NCBI GenBank assembly: GCA_963739235.1 | Contig: CAVTZY010000050.1 | Location: 60,405-124,404, forward strand | Origin: Terriglobia bacterium | Lineage (GTDB): Bacteria; Acidobacteriota; UBA6911 | Length of the DNA: 64,000 nucleotides | Direction of reading: 5' to 3' | In this document: positions 29,331 through 41,358 of the stretch, one piece after another | Position numbering within the stretch: position 1 is the first letter of the stretch | How the letters are laid out: the number at the start of each line of letters is the position of its first letter | The notes under the pieces: model-generated | What the model was told of the DNA's origin: nothing | The model's input: only the letters and a program-made list of their open reading frames with translations | Database searches by the model: none | Translations under genes and position numbers: made by a program

Positions 29331-31691
29331 TTACCTGACGTTTTGTGGAGGCACAGCGCTCAACAGCTTGCCATCGAAGGTGCCAAACACTGAGAAGCTT
29401 GTGACCGGCAGGGCGGACTGCACCCGGATATACCCGCCCAGTTGACCCGCGGAAGAGGGAACCAGCTCATACAACAGTTTCGCCACCTTTTGTCCCGGCT
29501 GCAGCTGCGTCGATGCGGAACCGACCTCGATCCCATCTGCGGTAAAAACTTGCAGGTTCACTGTTGCAGTCGTCGGGTTGGGGTTGATGATCGCGACACC
29601 GGTATAGTACCCCGGGTTTTGGGCAATGTGCGAGTACACGAAGTCCTGTAAAGGCGTTATAAACAGGGGGAGGGCGGTCGATCCAGTCCCGCCGGCCGAC
29701 GTAAAGCGCACGGAACCGACCATCGGGGGCACATAGCTGAACGGACCGAGGAAGGAGGGTTCGATGTCGACCCGGATGTAACCCGTTGTGAGAGAGCTTC
29801 CGAGGGCTGGGAAGAGCTGGTCGACGGTTTGGATGGATTGCTGCCCAGCCGAAATCGCGAGCCTAACCGGGCCACCGCCAATCACTGCGCCGGAATTGTC
29901 AAAGGCCGTCAGGGTAAGGTATTCAGTGATGGAGGGATCGGTATTCACAAAGTTCAGCTCGGTAGCGTAGCTGGGCCCGCTGACGAAGTGCGCGACGGTC
30001 AATGAGCTCCGCGGGATCGGCTGCTGGCCTCTCAGGACGTTCGAATCCAGCCCGTTGCCGAAGTTTTCGCTGACCACGAGTCCTGCGTCTGAGAGCCCCG
30101 TCACGTACCCGCCCGTGATCGAATTCAGATCGAAACCGGCAAACACCTTACTCGCATCCTGGATCAGGGTCGCGCCCGGCTCTATCGTCAGGTTCGCGGT
30201 CGCTTTCAAAGAACCCGCAGAGTCGTAGAGCTTCAGGGTGGTTTTGGCCACCGTGTTTCCGGAATTGAAAATCTGCAACACGGTGCTGGGGGAATCACTC
30301 TGATGCGATACCACGGGCCACACCCAGGACCCCGTCGGCGTCAGTTCCGCGGTCGCGCCATCCAGACCTTTTCCGGAAAGCGTACCGCCTTCCAGGTAAA
30401 AGCCGGGCAAGATGGCAGTCGCGCCCGTCGCCACGATCGTGCCCGCAGTCGAAGCGTTAAAGTTGGCTCCGAAGATATCGGTGGCTAATTTAGCGAGCTG
30501 CCCGCTGCGCGGCAACTGCAGGTTAACCGGATTGGTAACACCGGGCCCCGAGATGAGTTTCCCGCCGGCGTCGAATGCGGAAAGGCTGACGTTCACGCGG
30601 TAGGGGTGCGGGTTCGTCATGGCAATGCCCGTATAGGTCACATTGGAACTCTGCGACAGGAAGGGAAACGCCAACTTTACGGTCCCCGGCTGAAGATCAG
30701 ATTCATCCGGCACGGGGCGTTCAATAAACCTGGGTATGTCCGTCGAAGGGGATTGAGAATTCGGCACTGCTATCCCGATCGGAATCATTGTTGCCTGGAA
30801 TGTCAGCGTGGCAGGGCTGATCGGAGGATGAACCGTCACGGTAACGTGAAATTCAAAAGACTCCAGGGTCTGGTCGCTGTTGAGCGCCCCCGCGAAGAGG
30901 TAAATGGCCGAGGTCGATCCGTCGCTTCTCGGCACCGTTTCGGGTTGGCCTGAAACCGTGGCAAAAGACGCGCCGGTCTCCATGGAGGTCGCCGTCGCGG
31001 CGTAGGTCAGAGTCACGCCTGGAGGAACGGAAGGAAACGGACTGATCTTTATCTCCAGGGGGACGGTTTGACCGAACAGTCCGACCGAGCCGGAAAACGC
31101 TGACACATATCTCTCGGAAACGGTGATGGTAACATCCGTATCGACTGCCGATCCATTTCCCGGAGTGATGACATTATCGGGAAGAGCGACGGCAAATGGC
31201 TGCTGAATGGAACCAAGGACAACCACAGTGCCCTGACCGGCCAAAATGGCATTTCCACTGGAATTCAGTGCGCTGATCGTTGCCGTGACATTCGTGTAGT
31301 TCTGCCCTGCCAGTGCGACGCGGACTCCTGCGATGCTGATCCGGTTCGCCGCGCTTCCCCCCGCCGGCACATCGATTCGGAGCGTGTTGCTTGACCGATC
31401 AAGCGCGGGCGATGAAGCAATGCCTGACAGCCCGCCAGTTCCGAGAACAGAGATTTCCGCGGCTGAATTGTTGGTAATTGTTGCGGAGTACTGCACCAAC
31501 AGCGACGCAGCGACCGTACTCCCTGAAAACACGGTTAGGCTAATGGCGCCGGTCAATTCTGTGACACTGATGTCCGCACCCGTCGTGGAGGACGACGCTA
31601 CCGCGAAAGTGGCCTGGCCGAACAAAGGTGCGGCAGATAATATGGCGACACTGATGATCAGTGCGACAATGATGAAACTCTTTGAAATCAT
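29331..31691 (-). CDS. large secreted beta-rich protein with repeated Ig-like modules
   Basis: Signal peptide; repeated YTGIAMTNP / YTGVAIINPN / YATELNFVN modules; GGAGG RBS. Confidence 0.75.
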   Translation of the reverse strand: MISKSFIIVALIISVAILSAAPLFGQATFAVASSSTTGADISVTELTGAISLTVFSGSTVAASLLVQYSATITNNSAAEISVLGTGGLSGIASSPALDRSSNTLRIDVPAGGSAANRISIAGVRVALAGQNYTNVTATISALNSSGNAILAGQGTVVVLGSIQQPFAVALPDNVITPGNGSAVDTDVTITVSERYVSAFSGSVGLFGQTVPLEIKISPFPSVPPGVTLTYAATATSMETGASFATVSGQPETVPRSDGSTSAIYLFAGALNSDQTLESFEFHVTVTVHPPISPATLTFQATMIPIGIAVPNSQSPSTDIPRFIERPVPDESDLQPGTVKLAFPFLSQSSNVTYTGIAMTNPHPYRVNVSLSAFDAGGKLISGPGVTNPVNLQLPRSGQLAKLATDIFGANFNASTAGTIVATGATAILPGFYLEGGTLSGKGLDGATAELTPTGSWVWPVVSHQSDSPSTVLQIFNSGNTVAKTTLKLYDSAGSLKATANLTIEPGATLIQDASKVFAGFDLNSITGGYVTGLSDAGLVVSENFGNGLDSNVLRGQQPIPRSSLTVAHFVSGPSYATELNFVNTDPSITEYLTLTAFDNSGAVIGGGPVRLAISAGQQSIQTVDQLFPALGSSLTTGYIRVDIEPSFLGPFSYVPPMVGSVRFTSAGGTGSTALPLFITPLQDFVYSHIAQNPGYYTGVAIINPNPTTATVNLQVFTADGIEVGSASTQLQPGQKVAKLLYELVPSSAGQLGGYIRVQSALPVTSFSVFGTFDGKLLSAVPPQNVR

Positions 31692-31945
31692 TGGTTGATT
31701 TACCTCCGTCCAGCAAACCCTCGAGCTTCTGGATCGTCATCCCGCGTGGAGGCAGCTGGAGATATGCTAGCGCACCGGCTCCATGAATTGATATGCCCGA
31801 AATCACAAAACTCACGGGCAGCCCTGGGCCTTTCCTTTGTCAGTGCCTCGGGCGGGGTATGAGTCCATGGAGAGGACGCCCCATTAGTTCAAATCTTAGT
31901 CCATTTCGGGGACAGGCGCCATCACCTCGAAATTCCCAGGAGAAT

Positions 31946-33010
31946 TCACTTAAGGGCGGCCACAACGCCGATGTTGGCAATCGTCTCACCTTTGGTCATG
32001 GAGGGCATCGCCCGGATGAACAGGACCACGCCGGCCACCGATGAGCGCACATCCAGAATCCGGTTCCCGACGTAGTCGGTCAGATATCCTACCGGCATTC
32101 CTTCGGCCACGTAGGTTCCGCGCCGGACCAGGGGATAGAAAATGCCGTTCCTGTCACCCGCAATCGTCTCGACCCGGTCGATCCAAACCGGATGGTCGAT
32201 GCGTTCGGGTTGACCAGGCAGCATCTTAAGGAACCGCATCACGCTCAGGCAACCCCGAGCGAGCGCCTCCACGTCCTCCGGCTCGACCGTGCCGGCATGT
32301 CCGGCCTCGACCGTGATCGAGGGCTTCCCGCGCGTGGTCGCCGTGTTTTCCAGGTACCTCGAGGCCGCGGGATCCTTCGGGCGGTCCGTGGAGATGATGA
32401 TGTGGTCCAGGCCAAAGGCGAGGACCATGTCGCGCGACACCGCATCCTGACGTTCATTGCCGGTCTTGGTCCAATAGCCGTAGGGGCGAAGGCTTTCGTC
32501 GAGGTCGCCGCCGTGAATATCGATCAGGTGATCACACCGCTCTACCACTTCTCTAGTAATCAGGTAGTCTGCGCGCTCGGTTTGTGTGCCGCTGCGATTT
32601 CCGGGAAACATCCGGTTCATGTTTTTGCCGTCGACCGGATTGAGGTGGGGAATCTTCTGCTCGAATGAATTGACGTTGACCAGAGGCAAGAGAATTACCG
32701 TCCCCGATACCGTTGCCGGGTCAATCCGGTTGACTAGAGATTCCACGGCGATGATGGATGCGTATTCGGTCCCGTGCAATCCGGAGACAATCGCAAGCAC
32801 CGGCCCGGGCTTTGCGCCCCGGATAACCACGACTGGAATGTTCAACGCTGCATCGTTGCCTGCCGGGACCTCAATCGCTCCCGTTGCCCTATGTCCCGGC
32901 TGTGCCGTTGCGGTACCCACGGTGAAGGGCTTTTCCTGAGCAGCAATCGAGGCCACGGTCGCGGCCAGCAAAACACCGCCCGCCAACCAGAGTGTAATCT
33001 CTTTTCGCAT
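31946..33010 (-). CDS. M14 family succinylglutamate desuccinylase/aspartoacylase
   Basis: GLHGTE, NMNRMFPG, IDIHGG, ITVEAG; signal peptide. Confidence 0.9.
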   Translation of the reverse strand: MRKEITLWLAGGVLLAATVASIAAQEKPFTVGTATAQPGHRATGAIEVPAGNDAALNIPVVVIRGAKPGPVLAIVSGLHGTEYASIIAVESLVNRIDPATVSGTVILLPLVNVNSFEQKIPHLNPVDGKNMNRMFPGNRSGTQTERADYLITREVVERCDHLIDIHGGDLDESLRPYGYWTKTGNERQDAVSRDMVLAFGLDHIIISTDRPKDPAASRYLENTATTRGKPSITVEAGHAGTVEPEDVEALARGCLSVMRFLKMLPGQPERIDHPVWIDRVETIAGDRNGIFYPLVRRGTYVAEGMPVGYLTDYVGNRILDVRSSVAGVVLFIRAMPSMTKGETIANIGVVAALK

Positions 33011-33118
33011 ATAAGGTCCCTCCTCAAAGGATTTCGGGTACAGGCGCGAATGGCGCTTAGTTAAGGCAGGATTCTCCTCTCGCCCTTCCAGGGCTCTGGC
33101 TCATCCTCCCTAGACCCC

Positions 33119-33260
33119 CCGGGCGGCGCTGCGCTTGCCCGGGGCTACTGTCTTGCGCGCCTCCGGCGCGGGTTCTCCCCCTAATGTACGGGGCTGCCAT
33201 CATGCCCATGCCCCGGGCAATAAGAAAGTAGCCGGGGGCAAGCGCAGCGCCGCCCCCGGT
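33119..33260. repeat. REP-like inverted repeat pair
   Basis: GGGCGGCGCTGCGCTTGCCCGGGGCTACT ... AGTAGCCGGGGGCAAGCGCAGCGCCGCCC. Confidence 0.7.
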
Positions 33261-33337
33261 TAGCCCGTCACACATGTAGAGCCCCGGCGGGGCGAGAGAA
33301 AACCATATCAATCTCATGCTGACGCAGAGATTGGCCA

Positions 33338-33427
33338 TTCGGGACAGGCGCCATAGACTTGAAATTTCACTGAAAACAAGTTCCTTGAATCGCGAGTAAT
33401 TTCGAGGTTATGGCGCCTGTCGCCGAA
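33338..33427. repeat. REP-like hairpin; related half-site at 31905-31935
   Basis: GACAGGCGCCATA..TTGAAATT ... AATTTCGAGGTTATGGCGCCTGTC. Confidence 0.65.
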
Positions 33428-33552
33428 ACTCACTCTAACTCAATTGGGTCAAACCCGGAATCCCAATGTTTCGGGGCGTCGCGTGTCAATTTGTCTTCCC
33501 TTCGCGCGCAGGCCGGTGATAAGAGTTACAGTTTCGCAGAGGAGGGAGCCCT

Positions 33553-34846
33553 ATGAACCGAATTGTGAGAGTGTCCGCACTGATTTCGTGCCTGATCTTA
33601 TATTTGATGGTCCAACTGGCGGCGCAAACCCGGCCGCCTGGACAGAATCAGCAAAACCAGCCCGCGACCATGTACTTGCTCAAGCCCGCCCGGGTCTGGG
33701 ACGGAGTGGCGGATCAACCGCACGAAGGCTGGGTCGTCTTTGTCCGCGGCGAACGGATTGAGACCGTCGGTCCTGCGGCCGAACGTCAAGTCGCCCGCGG
33801 ACGTCAAGGTGATCGAAATGCCTGGAACCACATTGATGCCGGGCCTGATCGAAGCCCACTCGCACGTCCTGTTGCACCCCTACAGCGAGACTTCCTGGAA
33901 CGACCAGGTCGCGCACGAATCGCTCTCGCTGCGTGTGGCGCGGGCGACGAACCATTTGCGCAGCACGCTGCTGGCCGGTTTCACGACGATCCGCGACCTC
34001 GGGACGGAGGGGGCCGAATACGCCGATGTCGGACTCAAGCAGGCGGTCCAGCAGGGAATCATTCCGGGACCCAGGATGCTGGTCGCCACCCGCGCCATCG
34101 TGGCCACGGGAAGCTATGGTCCCAAGGGCTACGCCTCGGAATGGCGCGTGCCCCAGGGCGGGGAGGAGGCCGACGGCGTCGACAGCCTGATTCGCGTCGT
34201 GCGTGACCAGATCGGCCACGGCGCCGACTGGGTCAAGATCTACGCCGATTACCGATGGGGCGTCAACGGCACGACCGCGCCCACATTTTCCATCGACGAA
34301 ATCAAGCTGGCCGTGGAAACCGCCCGCAGCAGCGGCCGGCCGGTTTCGGCGCACGCCACAACCGCGGAAGCCATGCGCCGCTGCGTTCTCGGCGGGGTGG
34401 AAACCATCGAGCACGGCGACGGCGGCACCCCCGAAGTGTTCCAGTTGATGAAAGAGCACGGCACGGTCCTGTGCCCCACCGTTTCAGTCGCCGGGCCGAA
34501 TTCGGCGCGCAAGCGCGCCAGCTTCAAGGCCGCGCTCGATGCCGGCGTGACCATCGCCAGCGGCAGCGATGTCGGCGTGTTCGCGCACGGCGACAATGCG
34601 CGCGAAATCGAGATCATGGTGGGCTTCGGCATGCCGCTCCTGGACGCCCTGCGCTCCGCGACTTCGATTGACGCGCGCGTGCTGCACATGGGAGATCAAA
34701 TCGGCCAGGTTAAAGCCGGCCTGTTCGCGGACCTGATCGCGGTCGACGGCGATCCGACCCGCGATCTTTCGGCGATCCGCAAGGTGCGCATGGTCATGAA
34801 AAACGGCACCTTATACAAACAAGGAGGAGAACCGGTGCAGCGCTAG
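33553..34846 (+). CDS. amidohydrolase family metallo-hydrolase (prolidase-like); frameshift near 33790
   Basis: [50 protein letters not shown]; N-terminus in a different frame. Confidence 0.88.
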
Positions 34847-35311
34847 CGGCACCTGACATTAAACATGACCGTCTCCCGGCCTGACGGCCGGGCCTATTCC
34901 CTGGCGGCCCTTCGGGCCTCCATTAACGCTCCAGCAGCGATGAGAAGCAAATTTCTAAAGCTAATTTGGACAAGCGTGGCATAGGATAGCGCAGGACTTC
35001 GGCGGGCTCCGCCGCCTCCGCCCGGGGCTGTCCTGTGCCGCGCTTTCAGGGCTCCAATTCCTGAAACCAATCTGGAGCAGCCCTCACTAACATAAAGGCG
35101 AGCATTCGCATACCGATCCCGTCCAGGTGGGTACGGTTCAAATATCCCGGTGATGCTGAATGGGCACGCTCGCCGGAGACAGTTCCATTCGGAAGTAATA
35201 TATTCGCGGACACATAAGCCGCCTTGTCCGCGACCAGCGATTGCTTCCCGGATGTGAGCCTCTGGCGGCATGACCGGATACAAGCTTCTATCGGAGCTTC
35301 AGGAGGGGTGG

Positions 35312-37782
35312 ATGGCCGCGATCTGGCAGGACATTCGATATGGTTTCCGCATGCTGGCACGCAAGCCGGCGTTCTCGGCGCTGGCGATTCTGACTCTGGC
35401 TTTGGGCATCGGCGCAAACACTGCCATATTCAGCGTCGTGGAGGCGGTGCTTCTGCGTTCGCTGCCGTTCCGTAAGCCGAGCCAGCTGGTGCAACTCTGG
35501 CAAACCGAGGGCGCCCCGGGCAGCTTTCCCTGACCGGCCAGGATTACCTGGACTGGCGCGCACAGAACCGCACCTTCGAAGATATGGCGGTCTACAGCTA
35601 TCAGGAGAGCTTCAATGCGAGCGGCCGCGGGGAACCCGACCGTGTGACGGTGGTGGAAACTCAGTCCAACTATTTCTCCCTTCTCGACGTCCCGCCGGCC
35701 ATGGGAAGGGCCTTCCTACAGGGCGACCGGGCATGGCAGAACCACGAGGCGCTCCTGAGTCACGGTTTCTGGAAACGGCATTTTGCCGGTCAGGAAAGCA
35801 TCCTGGGAACCTCGATGGAGCTCAACGGCCAGCCGTACAACATCGTCGGCGTGATGCCGTCCTGGTTCCGGATTCCGGCGGGCGCCGATCTGTGGATCCC
35901 GATCGACATGACGCCGAAGGCACTGGGCGGGCGAGGCACGCACCACCTGCGCGCGATCGGCCGTGTGAAGGAAGGGATCTCGATAGATCAGGCCAGGGCG
36001 GATCTGCTCATCATCAGCACAAATCTGGAAAAGCAGAATCCGGGTACAAATGACAAAGTTCATTCCGTTGTGGTTCCTCTCAGCGAGCAATTGATCGGCG
36101 CCTCCCGCACTCAGCTCTGGATCATGTTTGGCGCCGTGGCGATGGTGCTGCTGATCGCCTGCGCCAATGTCGCGAACCTGCTGCTGGCGCGGGCGACTGA
36201 CCGGCGGCGCGAAATCGCCATGCGCGCCGCATTGGGAGCCGAGCGGCAGCGCCTGGTGCGCCAACTGTTGACGGAAAGTGTGCTGCTGGCGCTGCTGGGC
36301 GCCTTGCCCGGAACCGCACTCGCCTACCTGTGCGTTTCCCTTCTGGCAGACGCACAGCGCCTGCCATTTCCTCAACCGAATCCCATCGCGGTGAATCCGC
36401 TGGTGCTTGCTTTTACTTTCCTGGTGAGCATCGCCATCGGCATCCTCTTCGGGCTCGCGCCGGCGCTCCAGGTTTCCCGGATCCGCCTGATGGACGAACT
36501 GAAGTCGGGCGGCAAGCTTGCGAACACGGCCGCGGCCCGCGGGCATTTCCTGCGCAACGCCCTCGTGACCGTCGAAATCGCCCTGTCGCTGGCGCTGCTC
36601 GCCGGCGCCGCGCTCCTGCTCCGCACCTTCGTGAATTTGCGCGCAGTGGACATCGGCGTAAACGCAGATCAAGCCCTGACGGCTGTGATCCAGCTGCCTG
36701 AAAAAAAGTACCCGGTTCCCGAGAAGACCTGGGGATTCTGCACTCAGCTCGTGAATTCACTCGCGGCGGCGCAAGGCATTCGCGCCGCGGCCTTGACAAC
36801 GGAGTTGCCGCTCCTGGGCGGGAACAACGGTACTGTGCAGATAGAGGGGCTGGCAGAGCAGGCAACGGCAGGCATTCTCGTCGAATCGATTGCCGTGACC
36901 CCGGACTATTTTCACGCGATCGGCCTGCCGCTGATTCGCGGACGCGGCTTCACCACAGAGGATATGAAAGACATCGCGAGCATCGTCCGCAAGCTGATCG
37001 ATGCTCAGCCGGGCGCGCAACCCGGGGAGCAGACCGCGCATGTCCAGGCGACGGCGGTGATCAACCAGGCGATGGCACGGAGATTCTGGCGGGATCAGGA
37101 TGTCATCGGAAAGTTCTTTCGCAAAGACGGGATTCGATTCGCCATCATCGGAGTTGTCGGCGACATCAAGGTATTCGGGTTGAGGCAGCCTCCCATGCCG
37201 CAGGCGTATTATCCTCTCACCTGGCGCATCGGCACCAACGGCGGCACATTCAACATCGTCGTCCGGACCGCCGGGCAGCCTCAGGGAGCGGCCGCCGCGG
37301 TACGCAACGCGGTGCGCTCACTCGACAGCAGCCTCGCCGTTTTTCAGGTGCGGACAATGGCCGAAATCGCCGCCGACTCCATGACCAACGACAGCCAGCA
37401 GACGTTCCTGCTGGTGACTTTCGCGGCGCTGGCGCTGATCCTGGCCTCCATCGGAACCTACGGAGTCATGTCGTACCTCGTGACGCAGCGGACCGGCGAA
37501 ATCGGGATTCGCATGGCGCTGGGCGCGGGGCGCGGCGCCGTGCTCTGGATGATCCTCCGGCAGGGATTGGCCCTGGCGATTCTGGGCGTCAGCATCGGCC
37601 TGGCCGGAGCTTTCGCCACTTCGCGATTCCTCGAAAGCCAGTTGTACGGCGTCAAGCCGAACGATTCGGTCACGCTGGCGGCAGCCGGCGCGATGATGAT
37701 CGCCGTGGCTGCGGCGGCATGCCTCATCCCGGCGATGCGGGCCATGCGCGTCGAACCCGTCATCGCTCTGCGCCAGGAATGA
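35312..37782 (+). CDS. ABC transporter permease (ADOP / duplicated MacB-FtsX type); frameshift near 35530
   Basis: [26 protein letters not shown]; [27 protein letters not shown]; [10 protein letters not shown]; [11 protein letters not shown]. Confidence 0.92.
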
Positions 37783-37816
37783 CTGCCGCACGGAGCGTCA
37801 GAGAGGCTGTGAAGGT

Positions 37817-38887
37817 TTAAATCGGCTCGGTTTCTGAAGGGGCGGCTTGTGCATCCGTTTTGAGGGCTTTGGCTCTTTCTATCATGCGCTTGACTTCTGA
37901 GTTAGCACGAACCGGGATAATCTCTATTTCTGGATGCTGCCTGGCAAATACTCTAAAAATCTCGTCGGCAAAGGATTGCCCAATGGCAGGCACATCCGTA
38001 AAATCGAACAATACTGTCTTGAACAGTTCGACGCGAGCTACCACACGTTTTGCCTGCGAGCGGGAAATCAGCCTATCGTTTCCGTATTGCGCGAGCTTTA
38101 CCGGAACGACCGTCTTGGTAAAACCAAAATCATCGCCGGAAGTGAATTTATCGAATGTTTTCTTTAGCGTTCGTGAGGTGTGATTGTTCAGTTTGAGCCA
38201 AACCGCCGTACCCTGGCCGGGATTCGTCCGCTCGATTAGCCAATCTTCTGCCTTACCAAATTCATGAGAATAAAAGACGCCACCGGAAAGAATATCGAAC
38301 GAGTCGAATATCCGTGACGTGAAAAAGATACCCTCTCCGGTGTGGTGGATGGGATCGGTTGTGACTTTGCCTTTCGCCAGCTCGAAAATGGCATGGCGCT
38401 CGTCCAATAAATTCAGGGCCTTTTGAATCTTCCGGAAAATCCCCACTCCGTCATCGATGATTGCCATCACTGTATTAATGGCAGTCTTTCCCAGCAAAAC
38501 GGTAATTTTTGAGCCCTCGGAGTGATCCCTCGCATTGTTCAGCATTTCTGTGACGCCATATTGCCAGATATGTAAAACGTTCTCCGGCTGGGGCCCGAAT
38601 ACCTTGCTGATGTCGCTCCGCCAGATTAAGTCTTCTTCCAAATCCGGCGTCATCAGGTAATCTCTCGTCCACTCGACCTGTGGCGCCAGCCTATAGGATC
38701 GATTTCGGGTTCTGCCCTTTTCGTTAAGAGCACCCTCCGCGGAAAGCCTTTTCAGATGCTTATTCACCGCCTGTCGACTGATCTTGAAGTGTTCGGAGGC
38801 CACCCTGCCAATGCGCGATGCATTCTGCTGGACGTTTTCCAGGATGAATCGCCGAATTTCCTCGCCCCGCCTGCGCACACGAGTCAT
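37817..38887 (-). CDS. wHTH + HATPase_c + DUF4325 (STAS-like) protein
   Basis: ISRQAVNKHL (HTH); EMLNNARDHS, DDGVGIF, HTGEGIFFTSR; SRSQAKR..FDF..IGQSFADEIFRVF. Confidence 0.85.
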   Translation of the reverse strand: MTRVRRRGEEIRRFILENVQQNASRIGRVASEHFKISRQAVNKHLKRLSAEGALNEKGRTRNRSYRLAPQVEWTRDYLMTPDLEEDLIWRSDISKVFGPQPENVLHIWQYGVTEMLNNARDHSEGSKITVLLGKTAINTVMAIIDDGVGIFRKIQKALNLLDERHAIFELAKGKVTTDPIHHTGEGIFFTSRIFDSFDILSGGVFYSHEFGKAEDWLIERTNPGQGTAVWLKLNNHTSRTLKKTFDKFTSGDDFGFTKTVVPVKLAQYGNDRLISRSQAKRVVARVELFKTVLFDFTDVPAIGQSFADEIFRVFARQHPEIEIIPVRANSEVKRMIERAKALKTDAQAAPSETEPI

Positions 38888-38906
38888 GGGCTACTCCTCC
38901 CGAGAT

Positions 38907-39001
38907 CATTGTCAATCTTACTTTTGTTATTGTCAACTCAAAGAAAATTATTGTCAATCTTATTTTTCATATTGGCAACATAAATCTGTGATATTGTCAA
39001 T
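38907..39001 (-). promoter_or_regulatory. five direct repeats ATTGTCAA (TTGACAAT on the minus strand) at 21-22 bp period
   Basis: Copies start at 38908, 38929, 38950, 38971 (ATTGGCAA) and 38993. Confidence 0.75.
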
Positions 39002-39421
39002 TACATAATTCTTAATGGATGATATTGTATGCCTTGGCAAACCACTGCAACCGTGCACCGGAGGCTTGGCTCTGGCCGGCTATATGAACCCGGTGGCGGG
39101 ACACGGGTGGCCATTCTCCTGGGATCGCAGTTTGATCACAGTTTATTTTAGGTTCCTTCCCGGCGCGGGCTCGAAACCAGGACGCGGGATTCCCGGTCCG
39201 ATGTCCCCCCTTTGGTGTTACCTTTGATCTGGAGCACTTTCCCGGCCGGCGGGTTTCTACCGCGGACTGGATTGCAGAGAGTCATTCTCGTGGACATGGG
39301 GACGGGGCGAAAGGCAGGTGGGCACAATATTGTGATGTTATAGACGGCTTAATCCCTCGCTTATATATGAGCAACGGCGCTCTTTTTGTTTTATGATCGC
39401 GTTCGTGAAGGGGATAACTCT

Positions 39422-41086
39422 ATGCGCCACCACATGCGATTGCTCAGCGTCGTCCAGGCTATGGCCCTGACGTCCGTCTGCGCTTACTCTGCTGTCCGGA
39501 CCTTTGAACTCGGGTCCAACGGCGAACTGCTTGCCAGCCCGCCCCGCCTCTCGGTGGGCGATCAATTTCAGGTCAAGATCCGCAAGCCGCGTGGATCCAG
39601 TCCGCACCTGTGGCTCGCAGCCCAGTTGCTCGACGAAGTCCGACAGCCATCCGGCGAAGTGGAAAACTGGCAGGGCGCTAAGAAGTTCACATGTGAGTCT
39701 GATGGTGATTTCTGCAATTCCGGAGTGCTGAAAGACCTCGTCGGGAAACAGCACAAGATGCTGCTCTACGCCGTCTTCGGCAGATGGGAGGAGAATGTCC
39801 CGGATACCAAAGCCCTCGAAACCAAGCTTGCTGAAGCCAGGATCGCGCTGACCGCGATCGACGACGGTATAGCCGACAACAACCACCAGATCTCCGATCT
39901 CACCGACCAGGCCAAACAGTTCCAGGGGATGTCTACCCCGGAGGCCGTTGCAAACATCCGCAATCTGCAAGCCCGAATCGAAACTCTCCGCAAAGTAGTC
40001 GCTGCCGATAAGCCCAACCGCGCCGCGGCCAAAGCTGCTCTCGACACGGCCGGTAAGGCCCTCACGGATGGCCTCCTTAAGTCCAATCATGTTATCCGCG
40101 CGGGCGCCATCATCATCGGCTCCCGCAGCAAGGTCGTGAACTACCACCTCCTTCGTGGCGGCGGCCCCGCCATGCCGGTGCGCCTCGAACGGTTAGCGGA
40201 TTACCCGGCATTCCAGCAGGACGACGAGATCTGGATCGACATCACCAATGTTCGCACTGGGAGTATGCCGGAACAATTCAACGTCAGCGCCAACCAGACC
40301 GTTGAGGCGGCTCCCAACACAGCACCAGTCCGCCCCTCCTTTGAAAAACCACCCAACACAGCGCAAGTCCAGGAACTGGTTCCCAAACCCATCGTCCACG
40401 ACACCTGCATCGACGTAATCCGCGCCCTCGGCATCCGCCCGAAACCGAATGGCGTCATCAAGGTCACCATCTCCGCCTACCTCACAACCGAGGCCAGCAA
40501 CAAGACCACCACTGCCGACGGCCAAGCCAAAACCGAAGTGGTCGCGCAAACCTCCATGGTCAAGCTCATCGACGGCGTCGAATACCCGCAGATCCACGCT
40601 CTCTATCCCTACAACATCTCCACCGGCCTTCTCATCTCCTCCCTTCGGGACCCAACCTTCACCAAGAACAAAACCAAAGCCGCTGTTCTCGATGACGCCG
40701 GCAAGGTCAAGACCCCCGCGGAGTATCAGGTCGTCACCGACAAGGGCGAACCCCGTCCCATGCCAGCGCTCTTCTTCACTTGGTACGTCAAATCCTTTGA
40801 CGCGCAGCGCAAATGGACACCCGGCGATTTGATCCCCCGGCCCAGCCTGGGCTTCTCTCTCACCGCGCCTTCGGAGAACTTCTTCTTCGGCGGCAGTTCG
40901 GAGATCACCCGTAACGTCCAGCTTGCCGCCGGTTGGCACTACGGCAAGGTCACCGTCCGCGGTCCCATCCCGGTGGACGACGCCAATATCGATACCGTGC
41001 CCGCCACAGTGAAGCGTTTCCAGAGTGGCGCTTACTTCGGCCTCACCTTCAACATCGCGTTCATCAAAGCACTCTTCGGAAAATAA
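39422..41086 (+). CDS. secreted hypothetical protein with a coiled coil and a beta-rich C-terminus
   Basis: Signal-like N-terminus; heptad-rich central segment; strongly C-ending codons. Confidence 0.7.
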   Translation: MRHHMRLLSVVQAMALTSVCAYSAVRTFELGSNGELLASPPRLSVGDQFQVKIRKPRGSSPHLWLAAQLLDEVRQPSGEVENWQGAKKFTCESDGDFCNSGVLKDLVGKQHKMLLYAVFGRWEENVPDTKALETKLAEARIALTAIDDGIADNNHQISDLTDQAKQFQGMSTPEAVANIRNLQARIETLRKVVAADKPNRAAAKAALDTAGKALTDGLLKSNHVIRAGAIIIGSRSKVVNYHLLRGGGPAMPVRLERLADYPAFQQDDEIWIDITNVRTGSMPEQFNVSANQTVEAAPNTAPVRPSFEKPPNTAQVQELVPKPIVHDTCIDVIRALGIRPKPNGVIKVTISAYLTTEASNKTTTADGQAKTEVVAQTSMVKLIDGVEYPQIHALYPYNISTGLLISSLRDPTFTKNKTKAAVLDDAGKVKTPAEYQVVTDKGEPRPMPALFFTWYVKSFDAQRKWTPGDLIPRPSLGFSLTAPSENFFFGGSSEITRNVQLAAGWHYGKVTVRGPIPVDDANIDTVPATVKRFQSGAYFGLTFNIAFIKALFGK

Positions 41087-41358
41087 CCATGAAAAACCAG
41101 GCCTTCACTCTCGTGCTGTTCTCCGGAACGTTGCTATCGCACCGGCCCGGCAGATAAGAAAACCGAACTGGCCGCTCCTCGAGGAATGCGCATACGAATT
41201 CCTCGGGATGGGCGCCATACGTTCCACGAAGGGGCACCTCATCGAGTGCGTGCTCCGGAAGCATCCTCAGGTTCCGGAAAGTTCACCCAATCCAATGATT
41301 CAGGGGATAACCGCAAATTTGAAGGGCGGCGCGCCAGGGGGCATCGGGAAGCGATTTG

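Noticed and set aside
33598-37791. Long antisense ORFs over the amidohydrolase and permease genes
   Set aside because: Shadow ORFs expected from GC-rich codon usage; the + strand genes carry the recognisable motifs
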